DNA of 64,000 nt, taken from positions 46,909,830 through 46,973,829 of the forward strand of contig JARFYF010000007.1 in assembly GCA_030265395.1 (NCBI GenBank), in the 5' to 3' direction. Every line of letters begins with the position of its first letter. Position 1 is the first letter of the stretch. This DNA comes from Rhina ancylostomus. Taxonomy: Eukaryota. A model generated the notes under the pieces. That model did no database searches. It saw only the letters and a list, made by a program, of their open reading frames with translations, and was not told the DNA's origin. This document shows, piece after piece, positions 52,946-64,000 of this stretch. The position numbers and the translations under genes were made by a program.

Positions 52946-53504
52946 AGACAAAGCAACATGCTAATACCACAATCCACCTCCACTCAAATCATTCACCATT
53001 TTAAAAGTTCACTCTTTCCACCACCAGGGAAACAAATACAATGAGTATATCAGCAACAACTTATCTAGACTTCAATAGTACCCCTGAATCCCATGACCTC
53101 ATCTTATAACTAGGCATATTGAACTCAACAATTTCTTGGAAGGACGAGGTCAGCAGCAAAATGTAATTGGTCATCTGCAGGTTCCCTTATGTCTCAAACA
53201 GCACCATGATTTGGAAACGTATCATTGTTCCTTCAATGTTGTTAGTCAAAAAAACACCTTATCTAACACCTCAGTGGGAATATCGGCACCACATGGGCTG
53301 CAAATATTGGCCTGATGAGCGATCACCATGCTGTGCAAAACATCAACACCTTAAAACCATAGGCTCAGAAACTTAATCACTTAATTTTGTTTAAAACCTC
53401 ACATGGTATCTTGAAGGCCTTCCAAATGCTCAAATACGTTACATCATTCACCCTTATCTGTTCTGCTCATTACATTTCAAAAAAGTACACAGTTAGAATG
53501 GTTG

Positions 53505-53870
53505 ATTATCTGAAATTGTTGAATTTAATATGCCTAGTTACATGATAAGGTCTGTTCCTCAAGCTTTGAACTTCATTGGAAGAATATAGGAAGCCAAAGA
53601 TAACAGATGTAGAGATGGTAGGATGGAGAATTAAGGCAACAACAATTGGAAGCTCAAGGTCCTCCTTGTGGAATGAATAGATGCCTTCTTCCAGATAGTC
53701 ACCAATCTATGTTGGGTTTCCCCAAGGTAGAAGAGATCACATTGAGAGCACTGAATGTAATGCATTAAAATGGAAGAAGTACAAGGGAATTATTGCTCCA
53801 TCTGGAAGACTGCTTGTAACACTGGATGGCAGAGAGCAAGAAGGTAAAATGGCAGGCATTTCATTTTCTT
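53505..53870 (-). mobile_element. Old Penelope GIY-YIG fragment
   Basis: Reverse strand CTSSILMHYIQCSQCDLFYLGETQHRLVT. Confidence 0.8.
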
Positions 53871-54642
53871 TNNNNNNNNNNNNNNNNNNNNNNNNNNNNN
53901 NNNNNNNNNNNNNNNNNNNNNNNNNNNNNNNNNNNNNNNNNNNNNNNNNNNNNNNNNNNNNNNNNNNNNNNCCATTTTACATCCAAAAGGATGATACTCC
54001 CAAACTGAAATCCAGGAATATTTCTAGCTTTTTAATGGATATTTTGGCTAGAAAGAGCCAATATACTGATTTGGCAGTTTGAGGGTAACGTAATCAATGT
54101 TTGAAAATTTAATTCACTTGAGCAGAACTTGGTTAAGTTTCAGATCTGAAGGCAGTCGAGATACTTGACATCTGGAGGTGCAAACTGGGATAAAGCTGCT
54201 CATTGGTTCTTGGTGAGGATTAATCCAGCTCCTTCATCTGTATTTGCCAGGAAACTGAAAAACAGATTCTGCTTATCCCATTTGTAATTCCAAAAGCAAA
54301 GTGCAATGCATGCTAGAAAGCAGAAAATTTGAAAATAACCAGTAATTTAGACAGCACTGTTTCAGATCAATAACTTTTCTAATGAGTCAAATAGGTTTAG
54401 ATCAAATATAGAACATGCATGAAAATACCATCCACTCCTTCATTAATAGTCATTTCTTTCTCCCCCACCCCACCCCACACCACACCCCAAGGATTTTCTT
54501 CATTTAACCCACTGGTGGCAACAGGAAAATAATAAATAGAAAACTTAAGTATTCAACAGTCCTTGCTAATGTTAGTACCATGTTCCGGCCTTAAAATCTA
54601 ACTGCCCTGATCGGAGGTTTATATGTGAGAATAAATGAAATA

Positions 54643-55666
54643 CGGTAGAACTCTGATAATCCAGCATACTTAGGACTTGTGGTGCCAGATGAGCAAATTT
54701 TCTAGACTATTGGGTGTTATTAATGCCCCAACAAATGTTTAATTAGTTTTTAAATCTTACAAAGTTCACCTGTGCCTCTACTTCCTCAGGAGGCTAAAGA
54801 AATGTAGTATGTCCTCTTTGACACTCGCCAACTTCTATCGATGCACCATAGAAAGCATCCTATCTGGATGCATCACAGCTTGGTATGGTGATTGGTCTGC
54901 CCAGGACTGGCAAGAAACTGCAGAGAGTTGTGGACACAGCTTAGCACAACACAGAAACTAGCCTCCCCTTATCATGGTTCTGAGTTCTGGCTCCTTTAAT
55001 GCCTTGTTGTCCAGCATATGGATTCCATGCTGGACTGATTCTATAATGACACTCACCTGAGCCCCATCAGGGGCCTAGCATAAGTACCTGTGTTNNNNNN
55101 NNNNNNNNNNNNNNNNNNNNNNNNNNNNNNNNNNNNNNNNNNNNNNNNNNNNNNNNNNNNNNNNNNNNNNNNNNNNNNNNNNNNNNNNNNNNNNCCTATC
55201 CTCACTGATTGCGGTCTGTTGGTTAGAAAGTCAAGGATCCAATTACAGACGGAGGTGTTGAGTCCTAGGTCCTAGGAAGAGCAAGTCAAGGATCCAAGTA
55301 CAGATCCCTCATATGATGGGATGGACTCTGACCTCACGATTTACCTTGTTGTGTCCTTGCACCTTATTGCACTGCACTTTCTCTGCAGCTGTGACACTTT
55401 ACTCTGTTACTGTTTTTACCTGTACTACATCAATGTACTCTGTACTAACTCAATGTAACTGCACTATGTAATGAATTAACCTGTACGATCTGTATGCAAG
55501 ACAAGTTTTTCACTGTACCTCAGTACAAGTGACAATAATAAACCAATACTAAGTATTATGATATCTCCCAGTGATCAAGTTTAAAAGGACAGCCGGAAGA
55601 AGGGTACTGACAACTCAGATGCCAAACCATCAGGATCTTGGATGGTGGATTATCAGAGTTTTACTC
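54643..55666. mobile_element. MITE (same family as 48201) carrying a rearranged Rex1 insertion (+, about 54770-55550)
   Basis: TA|cggtagaactctgataatcca ... tggattatcagagttttact. Rex1 TLANFYRCTIESILSGCITAWYG and Rex1 tail inside. Confidence 0.82.
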
Positions 55667-55859
55667 CAGTGTAAATTCGGCAGAAATGGAAGAAAATGGA
55701 CATAGGATATTATGCACAATTTAGTAAGTATTGAACCAGAAACTGTTGTTCCCAAATTGAAATTGAAATAGGGACAGGGGCAGAAGACCTTGCCTTTCTG
55801 CTTAGTCATTATCTGTAAGTAAACTGGGCTGGTTGCGATCTTGGTTCACATTTGACTGA

Positions 55860-56240
55860 AATCAGACGACATGTCTATGCCATCATTCAGATCCTCCATA
55901 TCACTCAAGTCTGCCAGGGCAATTCTGTTACTGAAACTCTCATCCATGTCCATTTTAATGTTCTCCTAGACTACTTTCATTGTTCTACTCTAAACTCTAA
56001 ATCTTCCTGCCCACATCCTAATTTGCACTCTCCCATTTGCCATCACCCTTATTGTTACTGAATTACATTAGCTTCTGATTAAAATTTTCACCCTTGCTTT
56101 AAAATCCTTCCAACCATTTGCCCTTCCCATCTCCATAATCTCCCACAGCCCTATAAACAGATATCTGTACTATGCAAATTCCAGCTTCTGAAACTTAATT
56201 GTTAGAACATTGGTCGTACTAAATTCTGAAAGTTCCACCA
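55860..56240 (+). mobile_element. L2 3' fragment
   Basis: ETLIHV..SRLDY-like motif, catcaccc...ttaaaattttcacccttgctttaaaatcc. Confidence 0.7.
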
Positions 56241-56251
56241 CTTGTCCATAC

Positions 56252-56335
56252 TGTTACAAACCAGCAACAAAAGAAACACACTGAGACATGTATAAATGTT
56301 AAAAACTACTTTATTAATAACTACTTATGATAATA
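56252..56335. mobile_element. Young repeat terminus, family B, at a gap
   Basis: Near-identical to 36323-36399. Confidence 0.7.
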
Positions 56336-56629
56336 NNNNNNNNNNNNNNNNNNNNNNNNNNNNNNNNNNNNNNNNNNNNNNNNNNNNNNNNNNNNNNNNN
56401 NNNNNNNNNNNNNNNNNNNNNNNNNNNNNNNNNNNCTTATACATTTGAATAAGGTACCCCTTCATTTTTCTAAGCTCCAGGGATTTGGTTATTAATGTTA
56501 AGAGGAATAGTTCCTTCCTAGCCACTTTATTTACACATCAATCTTATGCAGCCAAACTAACTCTCCCCTCTCCCCCCATTATCTCAATCAAAACAGCCCT
56601 TAATAAGAATTCTTCAAATGTGGCAACAT

Positions 56630-56676
56630 CCTTGCCAACATTATTCCTGCACCTTGCAACATTATTCCTGCACCTT
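56630..56676. repeat. 21-bp tandem duplication
   Basis: caacattattcctgcacctt(g) twice. Confidence 0.8.
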
Positions 56677-57249
56677 CTTTGGAATAATGTTGCAAAACAC
56701 TGGTTTATTACAATATGACTTCGATCCAATCAATGTTTGAGAAAATTGTTTTATCAAGCTATTAGAAATAAAGTGAAAACATTTACCCTATTAAAGTAAA
56801 TAATTCTCATAGTTAGAAGAGACCCCTGACAACAGCAAATATAAGAGTCATCAATAACCCTTAATACCATTCATGACCTCAGTTCAAAAGGGAAGTCCAC
56901 TCAATTGATCCAAGAAGTATAAATTTCTCAAGCAAAACAAGTGTCCCCACATTCCTTCTGCTGTTCTTGTCTCCCAACAACAGCAAAAGTAAGATCATTT
57001 TCTCAGTTTGCAGCCCTTAATACTATTCACCACCGCAATCCAAAGGTGAATTCTTCTCCATCAGTGAAATATTTCCTAATACATGTGATCAAACAACTTC
57101 TTGTCATATGACATATCACTGGCTAGCAAGCTTTAATTAAGCTGTTTAACACACTAACTATTACCATACAGGTGTTTTTTAACAATGTGAGTTGCACATA
57201 TCGCAAAGTGTTCATAAATTATCAGAATGTATTATATCACTATTCTAAA

Positions 57250-57760
57250 CCAATTACAAAGTTCTGCATCACACTACTGTTGTACTCTAGCTGAGTCCCA
57301 CTTAAGCTTTATGAAGTTCTAGCATAAATCTCTACACTTCTTTTTTCTCTGCCTCAGCCAATAAAGGGAAGTACCTTTTAAGTTTTCTTAACAACCCTAG
57401 CTACCTTCAGGGATCTACAGGGATGCACTACAGGATCCCTCTGTTGCTTTACATTTCTCACTTAATATATATTCCTTTGCCTAAGTTGCCTTCCCACTGC
57501 ATTATCTTATTATTTTCTGGATTGAATTCTATTTGCCACTTTTCTGCCTCCTGACGAGTCCATTGACATCTTCTCACAGTCTAACATATGGTCAGGTTTA
57601 GTGTCATCTGCAAACATCTTAACCACTGGGATGTAGCATAAAAAGTAAGGCCCTGCAAAACTTCGTTGTTAATAGTCTTCCAGGCACCGAAGCATACATC
57701 AGCCATTGCTGCTTGCTATTGAACTAAACTTGGGTCCAGCTTTTACTTGGATCCCATAGA
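57250..57760 (-). mobile_element. Old CR1 RT fragment
   Basis: tttagtgtcatctgcaaac (reverse FADDTK), atttgccac (reverse WQI). Confidence 0.7.
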
Positions 57761-59079
57761 TTAAGCTGCATTTTAGATAAATTGAATAAAGACCAAGTTT
57801 CAAGGTTAGAAGGTCCTATGGACTTTCGTTCACTATAAATCTCAGAGACAAGGCCTTGATGGCTCATCCACTTCCGTGGAACTGCTTAATATTTATCTTT
57901 TGGTGACCTACTGATCTTGGAGCAAATGTCATCTATACAGCTAAATCTTGCCTGTGCCACAATCCCAGAAACCACTGGGGTCATGCGGCACTTGCCTCTT
58001 TAAAGAAGGTGCATTCTGCAGGTCCAATCAATAAAACAGATTTGGTGCTTTAGGTCCCTGAGATGCTTACACTTTGTGACAATGCCATTGCTGGCATTTT
58101 ACAACATCCACCACTCTGTGTTATATTGTACTTTACTTCCTAGCAATGTAACAGAATGGTGCAGATACTAAGAACCTTTTTCCAAAATAAAAGACAAAGA
58201 AAGCAATTGCATTTATGTAACATTTATATACCCCTGCGTACACCCTCACTTCATATCAAAATAGTTCAAATACAATGGCTATTGTTTGATATGTAGTGAG
58301 GGAATGCAGAAGGGAAGCTGAAAATAGCTGGAGAAACTGCAAGATCAGATCTTCAAGATGTGATAAACTCAACAGAAGGACTGTATTAACATTTGGTCTC
58401 CACTTCTTTCTCAGTACCAAATAGATGGCCATATTGGAGAACTGAAGGGAACGCTAGCAATGGGAGCAATTGCCGAGAACCCTTAGGGAGATGCTTTTGC
58501 CTCTCTCTTACTGTTGGCTTCCTCAGCCTTGGCAGGTGCATCTGCTGTCCCGCCCACTGTGCCAGTTCCTTCATTGTTTTCACTCTGCTGGTTGGCCAGG
58601 CTGCTGCAACCCACTGTGAGATGATACAATCTGCAGCCAAGAGTTACTTAAAGNNNNNNNNNNGTTGATCAACCTCTAGCCTGTAGCCAACAGGCAAGCA
58701 GAAAAGGAAAATGAGCAAACAAAATAGGTACTTTGTACATGAATGATCAGTAATCCATTGTGTCAATAAATGAATTATTTTCATATATTTATTTTTTGAT
58801 CCAGATTTAGTGTCTGGGATGGTAAGGTAAATAATAAGACCTATAAGCTTAGAGTGATGGTTGGCAAGGTAAAGGATGTGGGGCAATTGGCAAATGGTGC
58901 GTGGGTCGATTGATTTAGCTAAAACTCTCCTCAGTAAGTTGGATTATGAGATCTTGGATAGGTGATGGCGCTGGTCGCCCCTGCCTTTCCTCCCCTCTCT
59001 TCTTTCTCCCTGTTTCACCCTCTGTACTTGATGATATTCATTCCATTACAGCATCCAGGTCATAACAGCAAAATTAAAT

Positions 59080-59690
59080 ATAGATTCACAGAGTCACAGA
59101 GCAATACAGCATGGGTACAGGCCCTTCAGCCCAACCAATCTATGCTGACCACGTTGTCCACCTGGCTAGTCCCAATTTCCTGCATTTGGCCTGTAGCCCT
59201 CCAAGCTCCGCCCATCCATGTACATATCCAAGTGTTTCTAAAATGATGCCTGCCTCAACCACTTCCTCTGGCAGCTCATTTCATATACTCACCACCCTCT
59301 GTGTGAAGAAGTTGACTCTCAGGTCTCTTTTAAATCTTTTCCCTCTAACCCTAAAACTATGCCCCCTAGTTTTGGACTCCCCTTCCCTGGGTAACTGTAA
59401 CCATTCACCTCATTTATGCCTCTCATCATTTTAAACACTTCTATAAGGTCACCCTTCATTCTCCGACATTCCAAGAAATAAAGACCTAGCCTGGCTAACA
59501 TCTTCCTATAACTCAGGCCCTCTAGTCCTGGCAATATCCTCCTAAGTCTTTTTCCAGTTTAACCATGTCTTTCCTATAACAGGGTGATCAAAACTGTACA
59601 CAGTACTCCGAGTGCAGCCTCACCTACGATTTATACAACTGCAACCTAATGTCCCAACTCCCATACTCAATGCCCTGACTGATGAAGGCA
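59080..59690 (-). mobile_element. CR1 LINE 3' fragment
   Basis: PGLEGLSYRKMLARLGLYFLECRRMKGDLIEVFKMM, tail cacagagtcacagag. Confidence 0.93.
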
Positions 59691-59781
59691 TTCAATATTC
59701 ACTAAAGCCTGGTCCCAAGGCCTTTCCAGAAGAAACGCAAGTGCTCTCCTATTGTTTGCTCATTGACATTCCTTATGGTTG

Positions 59782-59940
59782 AAAAACACCATGATACTGG
59801 AGGAACTCAGCAGGCCAGGCAACATCAGTTGAGTAAAGCAGGCAGTCAACGTTTCAGGATGCTGCCTCGCCTCCTGAGTTCCTCCAGCATTGTAGTGTTT
59901 TTCATCTAAATTCCGGCATCTGCAGTCTTTTATTTCTCTG
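59782..59940. mobile_element. Penelope pLTR fragments in inverted (hairpin) arrangement
   Basis: ctggaggaactcagcaggccaggcaacatc ... gatgctgcctcgcctcctgagttcctccag. Confidence 0.8.
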
Positions 59941-59999
59941 GTGTTCTTTATGGTTGCAATCCTGTCATTGGAGACAATGCAGTTTTGAGTGTTATCAGC

Positions 60000-60640
60000 T
60001 GCAGCTCAGCTGGAGGAATTATGGCCTCTCAGTCAAAAGGTTAAGCCCCATCCCTGAGGTCTGAGAGCAAATCAAGGCTGATGCTCCAGTGCAGAACGGT
60101 CGGGGTGGCACGGTAGTGTAGCGGTTAGTGCAACGCTATTACAGTGCTGGTGATCGGGGTTCAATTCCCATCTCTTTCTGTAAGGAGTTTGTACATTCTC
60201 CTGTGTCTGCGTGAGTTTCCTCTGGGTGCTCCGGTTTCCTCTCACATTCTAAAGACGTATGGGTTGGTTAATTTGTTGCTTAAAATGGGTGGCGCGGACT
60301 CGTTGGGCCAGAGGTTACCACTGTTACCACGCTGTAATTTAAATTTAATTTAAAGAACTGAAAGAGGGATGTGCTCTTCGAGGTGCCATCTGACAATAAT
60401 GCCGTGTCTGCTCTCTCAAGCAGTTGCAAAAGATCCCTGGTAGCACACTGAAAAAAAAATCAGGAATTCGTCTCAGCTCCCTGGGCCAATTTCCATCTCT
60501 TAATTAACAGTCTTATCATTTGGGAGCTTGCTCTGTACAAATAGCCTGGGAATTTCCTGCATTATAACTGTGAATTCAGAAGCACTTTATTGGCTATGTA
60601 TGAGAATATTATGAGGCCTTGGAAGTTGCTATATAAATTA
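60000..60640 (+). mobile_element. Deu-domain SINE (SacSINE1-like), interrupted by a V-SINE
   Basis: gtctgctctctcaag...aaaagatccc...tgggagcttgctctgtacaaat...gctatataaat (L2-type tail). Confidence 0.75.
60098..60353 (+). mobile_element. V-SINE with CR1-type tail and TSD AGAAC
   Basis: A/B boxes, V-domain, AGAAC at 60093-60097 and 60354-60358. Confidence 0.9.
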
Positions 60641-61469
60641 GTCAGCCTTTTTCCCAGTAGCCAGCATGTAATTTGGCAGCTTGATTGGAATGAAGCCAGA
60701 AAAGAATGCTAGTGCAGAATGGTTGGGATGCAAGGTGTTGCCTGTAATTACAACTCAACTGCTTGGTGAGGAAATAGAACCCCTTCTTCTTGAGAAAGAT
60801 TCCAGCGATGCTGCAGAGGTAATTCTGTTAGTTGAGTGGGAGCTGTCAATGACATCTTAGTGGTTTGTCAGCATCTTTCAAATTTATTCTATTTTATGAC
60901 TCTTGAAATGTGTTTTCTTCAGATTTTAATCTTGCTATGTTGACCTTTCTTGGTCTAACTCTATTCCTTTCACATTGTTTTCAGTTTTGGGGAACTCTTT
61001 GTTCAGATTTCTCAACAATTTGTACATTCTGTGAGGAGTCTGAACTAAAAGGTTTTGAAGACATTAAGCCATGTTTAATTTGAAGATTTATTTATCTAAA
61101 AGTACAAAATATTTAAATTAAATCATTTTAAAATCAATTGTTGGTTACTAACTTCATTGGCTATCAGTATTAATCAATTTACATTTTACTTTCCCCAAAA
61201 TTTCTCAGTTATTTTAATAGTACAAATGGACTCTTGTGTACACTTTGTCAGGAACAATAAATTCAATTACAAGAATTTAATGTTCTATTAAATGGTCTGT
61301 TGATCCAATGGTCAAGTTTATTGCACCTCTTTTTTGAAGTAGTTATAGTTTACTACGGACGATTTTGACCTTGGTCTTTATTGAATTTTTTGAAAAATTG
61401 TATGTTGGTTGAGAAATTCTTAATATCTGTGACTGAAGTAGAATATAAGTAAAATGTAAAATTTATGAA

Positions 61470-62170
61470 GCCTGACTATTTGATGATCTATTTGATGAAG
61501 CTCCTTTTAGCAGCATGGATCTCATTGTAGGCTTGTATCCAGCATGAGCACCTATCAGGTGAATTGAGCAATATCCGATGTGGATGAATCTTGTCACCCA
61601 GGGCTAGGACTTTCTGTGCCTTGGATGGTCATATATAGGTAGCATACACAACTGCTATAGAATGAAAAGGTGAGTGCTCCTAGAATAGTGGCTATTCACC
61701 TATAGAATGCACTCTGGTGACAGAGTAAAATCATTTTTGTTGTTGAAATTGGGCATGCTTGAATAGGGAGCAACAGTCAATGCGTTTGTAGTCAATGACA
61801 CCCTACACTGTGGAGAATGTACAACTCTTTCAAAACTCATGCCCGGACTCCTACTTCCTTTTGACAAGAGGTAATGTGGAGCAATTGTTTCTTGATGAAT
61901 GAAGAGTCTCAGTGACCCCACATCCTCACCCTTATGCAGCAACATGCTGCAGATCGAGAGTTGTTGCTGAAATCTCCAGCAGCTGTCCAAGAGTAAGCTG
62001 AGGTACAAAAATACAAAGTCATGATCAATTAGAGTGCTACAGACAGCTTGAGGCAGGAGTTGTTATTGCAGCAGTTGGCAACTTTCAGTGACTGCTTCCT
62101 TGGTAAAGCAAAATCATTGACTTTTGTTGAAGTAGGTAAGAGAATTGCTCCCTAAAGACTCACGATTAAA
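61470..62170 (-). pseudogene. PIF/Harbinger (HARBI1-like) DDE transposase relic spanning most of the protein
   Basis: Motifs in order: FTKEAVTESCQLLQ, AAGDFSNNSRSAACCCIR, GVIDYKRI, FNNK, LGDKIHP, YNEIHAAKRSFI. Confidence 0.85.
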
Positions 62171-63519
62171 AATGGTCTTGTACTGACAGTGCACTTCCCC
62201 CGCTCCTCTCCTCTCTTCCAGCTGCTTGTCCCACTTTGTGTGGCCTCACTTCATTCTTCCAGTCATTTTTAATTCCCAGTGGAAGCTGTGAGAAATCTGT
62301 CATGCCTGGAGCAAATCCTTACACCAGAATATTTTAAATGGCATAGGGTACTGCAGATCCAAAGAGATCAGTCGCTGTACTGTGTGCAAAATTTAGCCTG
62401 GACTAAGAAATATCAAAATTGTGTCCAAATGCATGAGAACTGAAATGAAATAACCTGCATATAAACCATGATGCCTTTAAATAAATAGCTCTGGTGCAGC
62501 AATACTTCACACTGTTGAGTTTGGTTACATTAAATTATTTTAAATACGGAGTTTATAATTGGGGTAATGGATTCAAATCATGCTACATATTGGTTTTCAT
62601 CATAATCTGCGTGCCTCTGCTAATCTATCGGCCTTTACATGTAAATCGCTTGAGCAAAGTGGTGTACAAAGCAGCTCCTTCAGGAAATGTGTGAAGGTAA
62701 TTTAAACCATGGGTGGTTGCATATTGCCTAAAAGGTGTTACACAAATGGATCTTTTATTTGGGTGAAGGACGGGAGAAACTTTGCTGAATTTTGAGTGGC
62801 AATCTCTTGCACCAGGTCAAGTCTTGATCTGCTCCATTTGAAAAATTGGAGCACAACAGCTGCCAAGTGTGTAACCTAAAAGATGCATTTGGTGCCTAAA
62901 AATGTCAACTAAAGGATGCATTTGGTGCTTTGCATATGAAAATTGTGGTCATTAACTGATCACACTTCATCTACCCACCTGTACCAGATCTTTTGTGACC
63001 AATTCAAGTTAGTAAAATGCTTTTCAATTTAATTTTATAGATACTACTGGCCAGAGGTTGATCAGTTTGCTTATCCCTGCTTGACAACCCATATGCATCT
63101 ACTACCAGCTTGAAGTTGGATCTGGACTACACTCCTAAGGCTTTGGATAGCTGGTCCTTTTATATCTGAACCTATCATTTTCCTCTCAACAATATTCAGG
63201 TTATTGAGATAGGATTGGTTGAGTAGATTCATATAATTTTGTTAAGATAACTACTCTTGCCCAGAAATTCCATTGTTTCTTGCAGCGTGACTTGATTCAA
63301 AAATCAATTTTATTAGAGTAATTGCACCATTGCTAATTTCTTGGTGAAATCATGCCAATCACAAAACTAGACTTGCTATTTCCCATTGCAAACCATGTTG
63401 ACTCTGTATCAGTCATCGCGTGGCAGGACGCACAGACTAAAGACTACAACTACTATTGGAGATGTCCACTCGTTATGCATTGCTTTGATTATTAGTATTT
63501 CCTGAGATACTTTAGAGAC

Positions 63520-63760
63520 CAAAGCTCATACTCAGAGCTCCTCAGTGAGCAATGTGTTTCAGGCTCAGGTTTTCAAAGGCTGCAATAACTGAGATGTGTG
63601 ACCTTNNNNNNNNNNNNNNNNNNNNNNNNNNNNNNNNNNNNNNNNNNNNNNNNNNNNNNNNNNNNNNNNNNNNNNNNNNNNNNNNNNNNNNNNNNNNNNN
63701 NNNNNCAGTCCCACTGCTATGCTTAGAGTGGCCTGTGTGTGGCAGTCTTAGTGACAGTAA
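63520..63760 (+). pseudogene. Harbinger transposase N-terminal relic
   Basis: SEQC-FRLRFSKAAITEMCDL. Confidence 0.7.
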
Positions 63761-63789
63761 TTGTGATCATGAAAACCAAAATATCTACA

Positions 63790-64000
63790 CAGATTGGGAA
63801 TCTGAAACAATAACAGAGGATGCTGGAAAGACTCAGCACATCCAGCAGATTCTGTAAAGAGAGGAACAGATAGTGTCAGGTCAAAACCCTTTCATCTGAA
63901 CTCTCAAAGTGAGAAAAATATTATTTTCAAATCAGAGGGGATGAGGGAAGGATGGATAGGTCAATGGAAACAACTGTGATAGGGTGAGGCCAGTGTTGCC
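63790..64000 (-). mobile_element. Old Penelope pLTR
   Basis: gatgctggaaagactcagca...tcaggtcaaaaccctttcatctgaact (reverse decayed hammerhead). Confidence 0.65.

Noticed and set aside
62878-62930. Duplicated aaagatgcatttggtgc
   Set aside because: Short local duplication, probably in transposon subterminal sequence; no further structure

Overview
This is eukaryotic, repeat-dense, CpG-poor vertebrate DNA from a gapped draft assembly with many 100-N gaps. The repeat set (CR1, L2 and Rex1/Babar LINEs, Penelope-like elements, V-SINE and Deu-type SINEs, Tc1, PIF/Harbinger, Gypsy) fits a cartilaginous fish, probably a ray; the taxon is an inference. I found no intact host protein-coding gene, tRNA, rRNA or CRISPR array. 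Nearly all recognisable ORFs are decayed transposon fragments. The most notable observations are: (1) an exon-like segment with consensus splice sites enclosed by a 141-bp inverted repeat; (2) a patch inside a Rex1 copy built from sequence found about 18 kb away; (3) minimal hammerhead-ribozyme motifs in Penelope termini; (4) an intron-containing Harbinger Myb/SANT relic plus several Harbinger transposase relics; (5) a solo LTR with a 5-bp target-site duplication (TSD); (6) V-SINEs with different LINE-derived tails; (7) candidate exons of a possible spliced lncRNA. All calls are by eye, and boundaries of old repeats are approximate.
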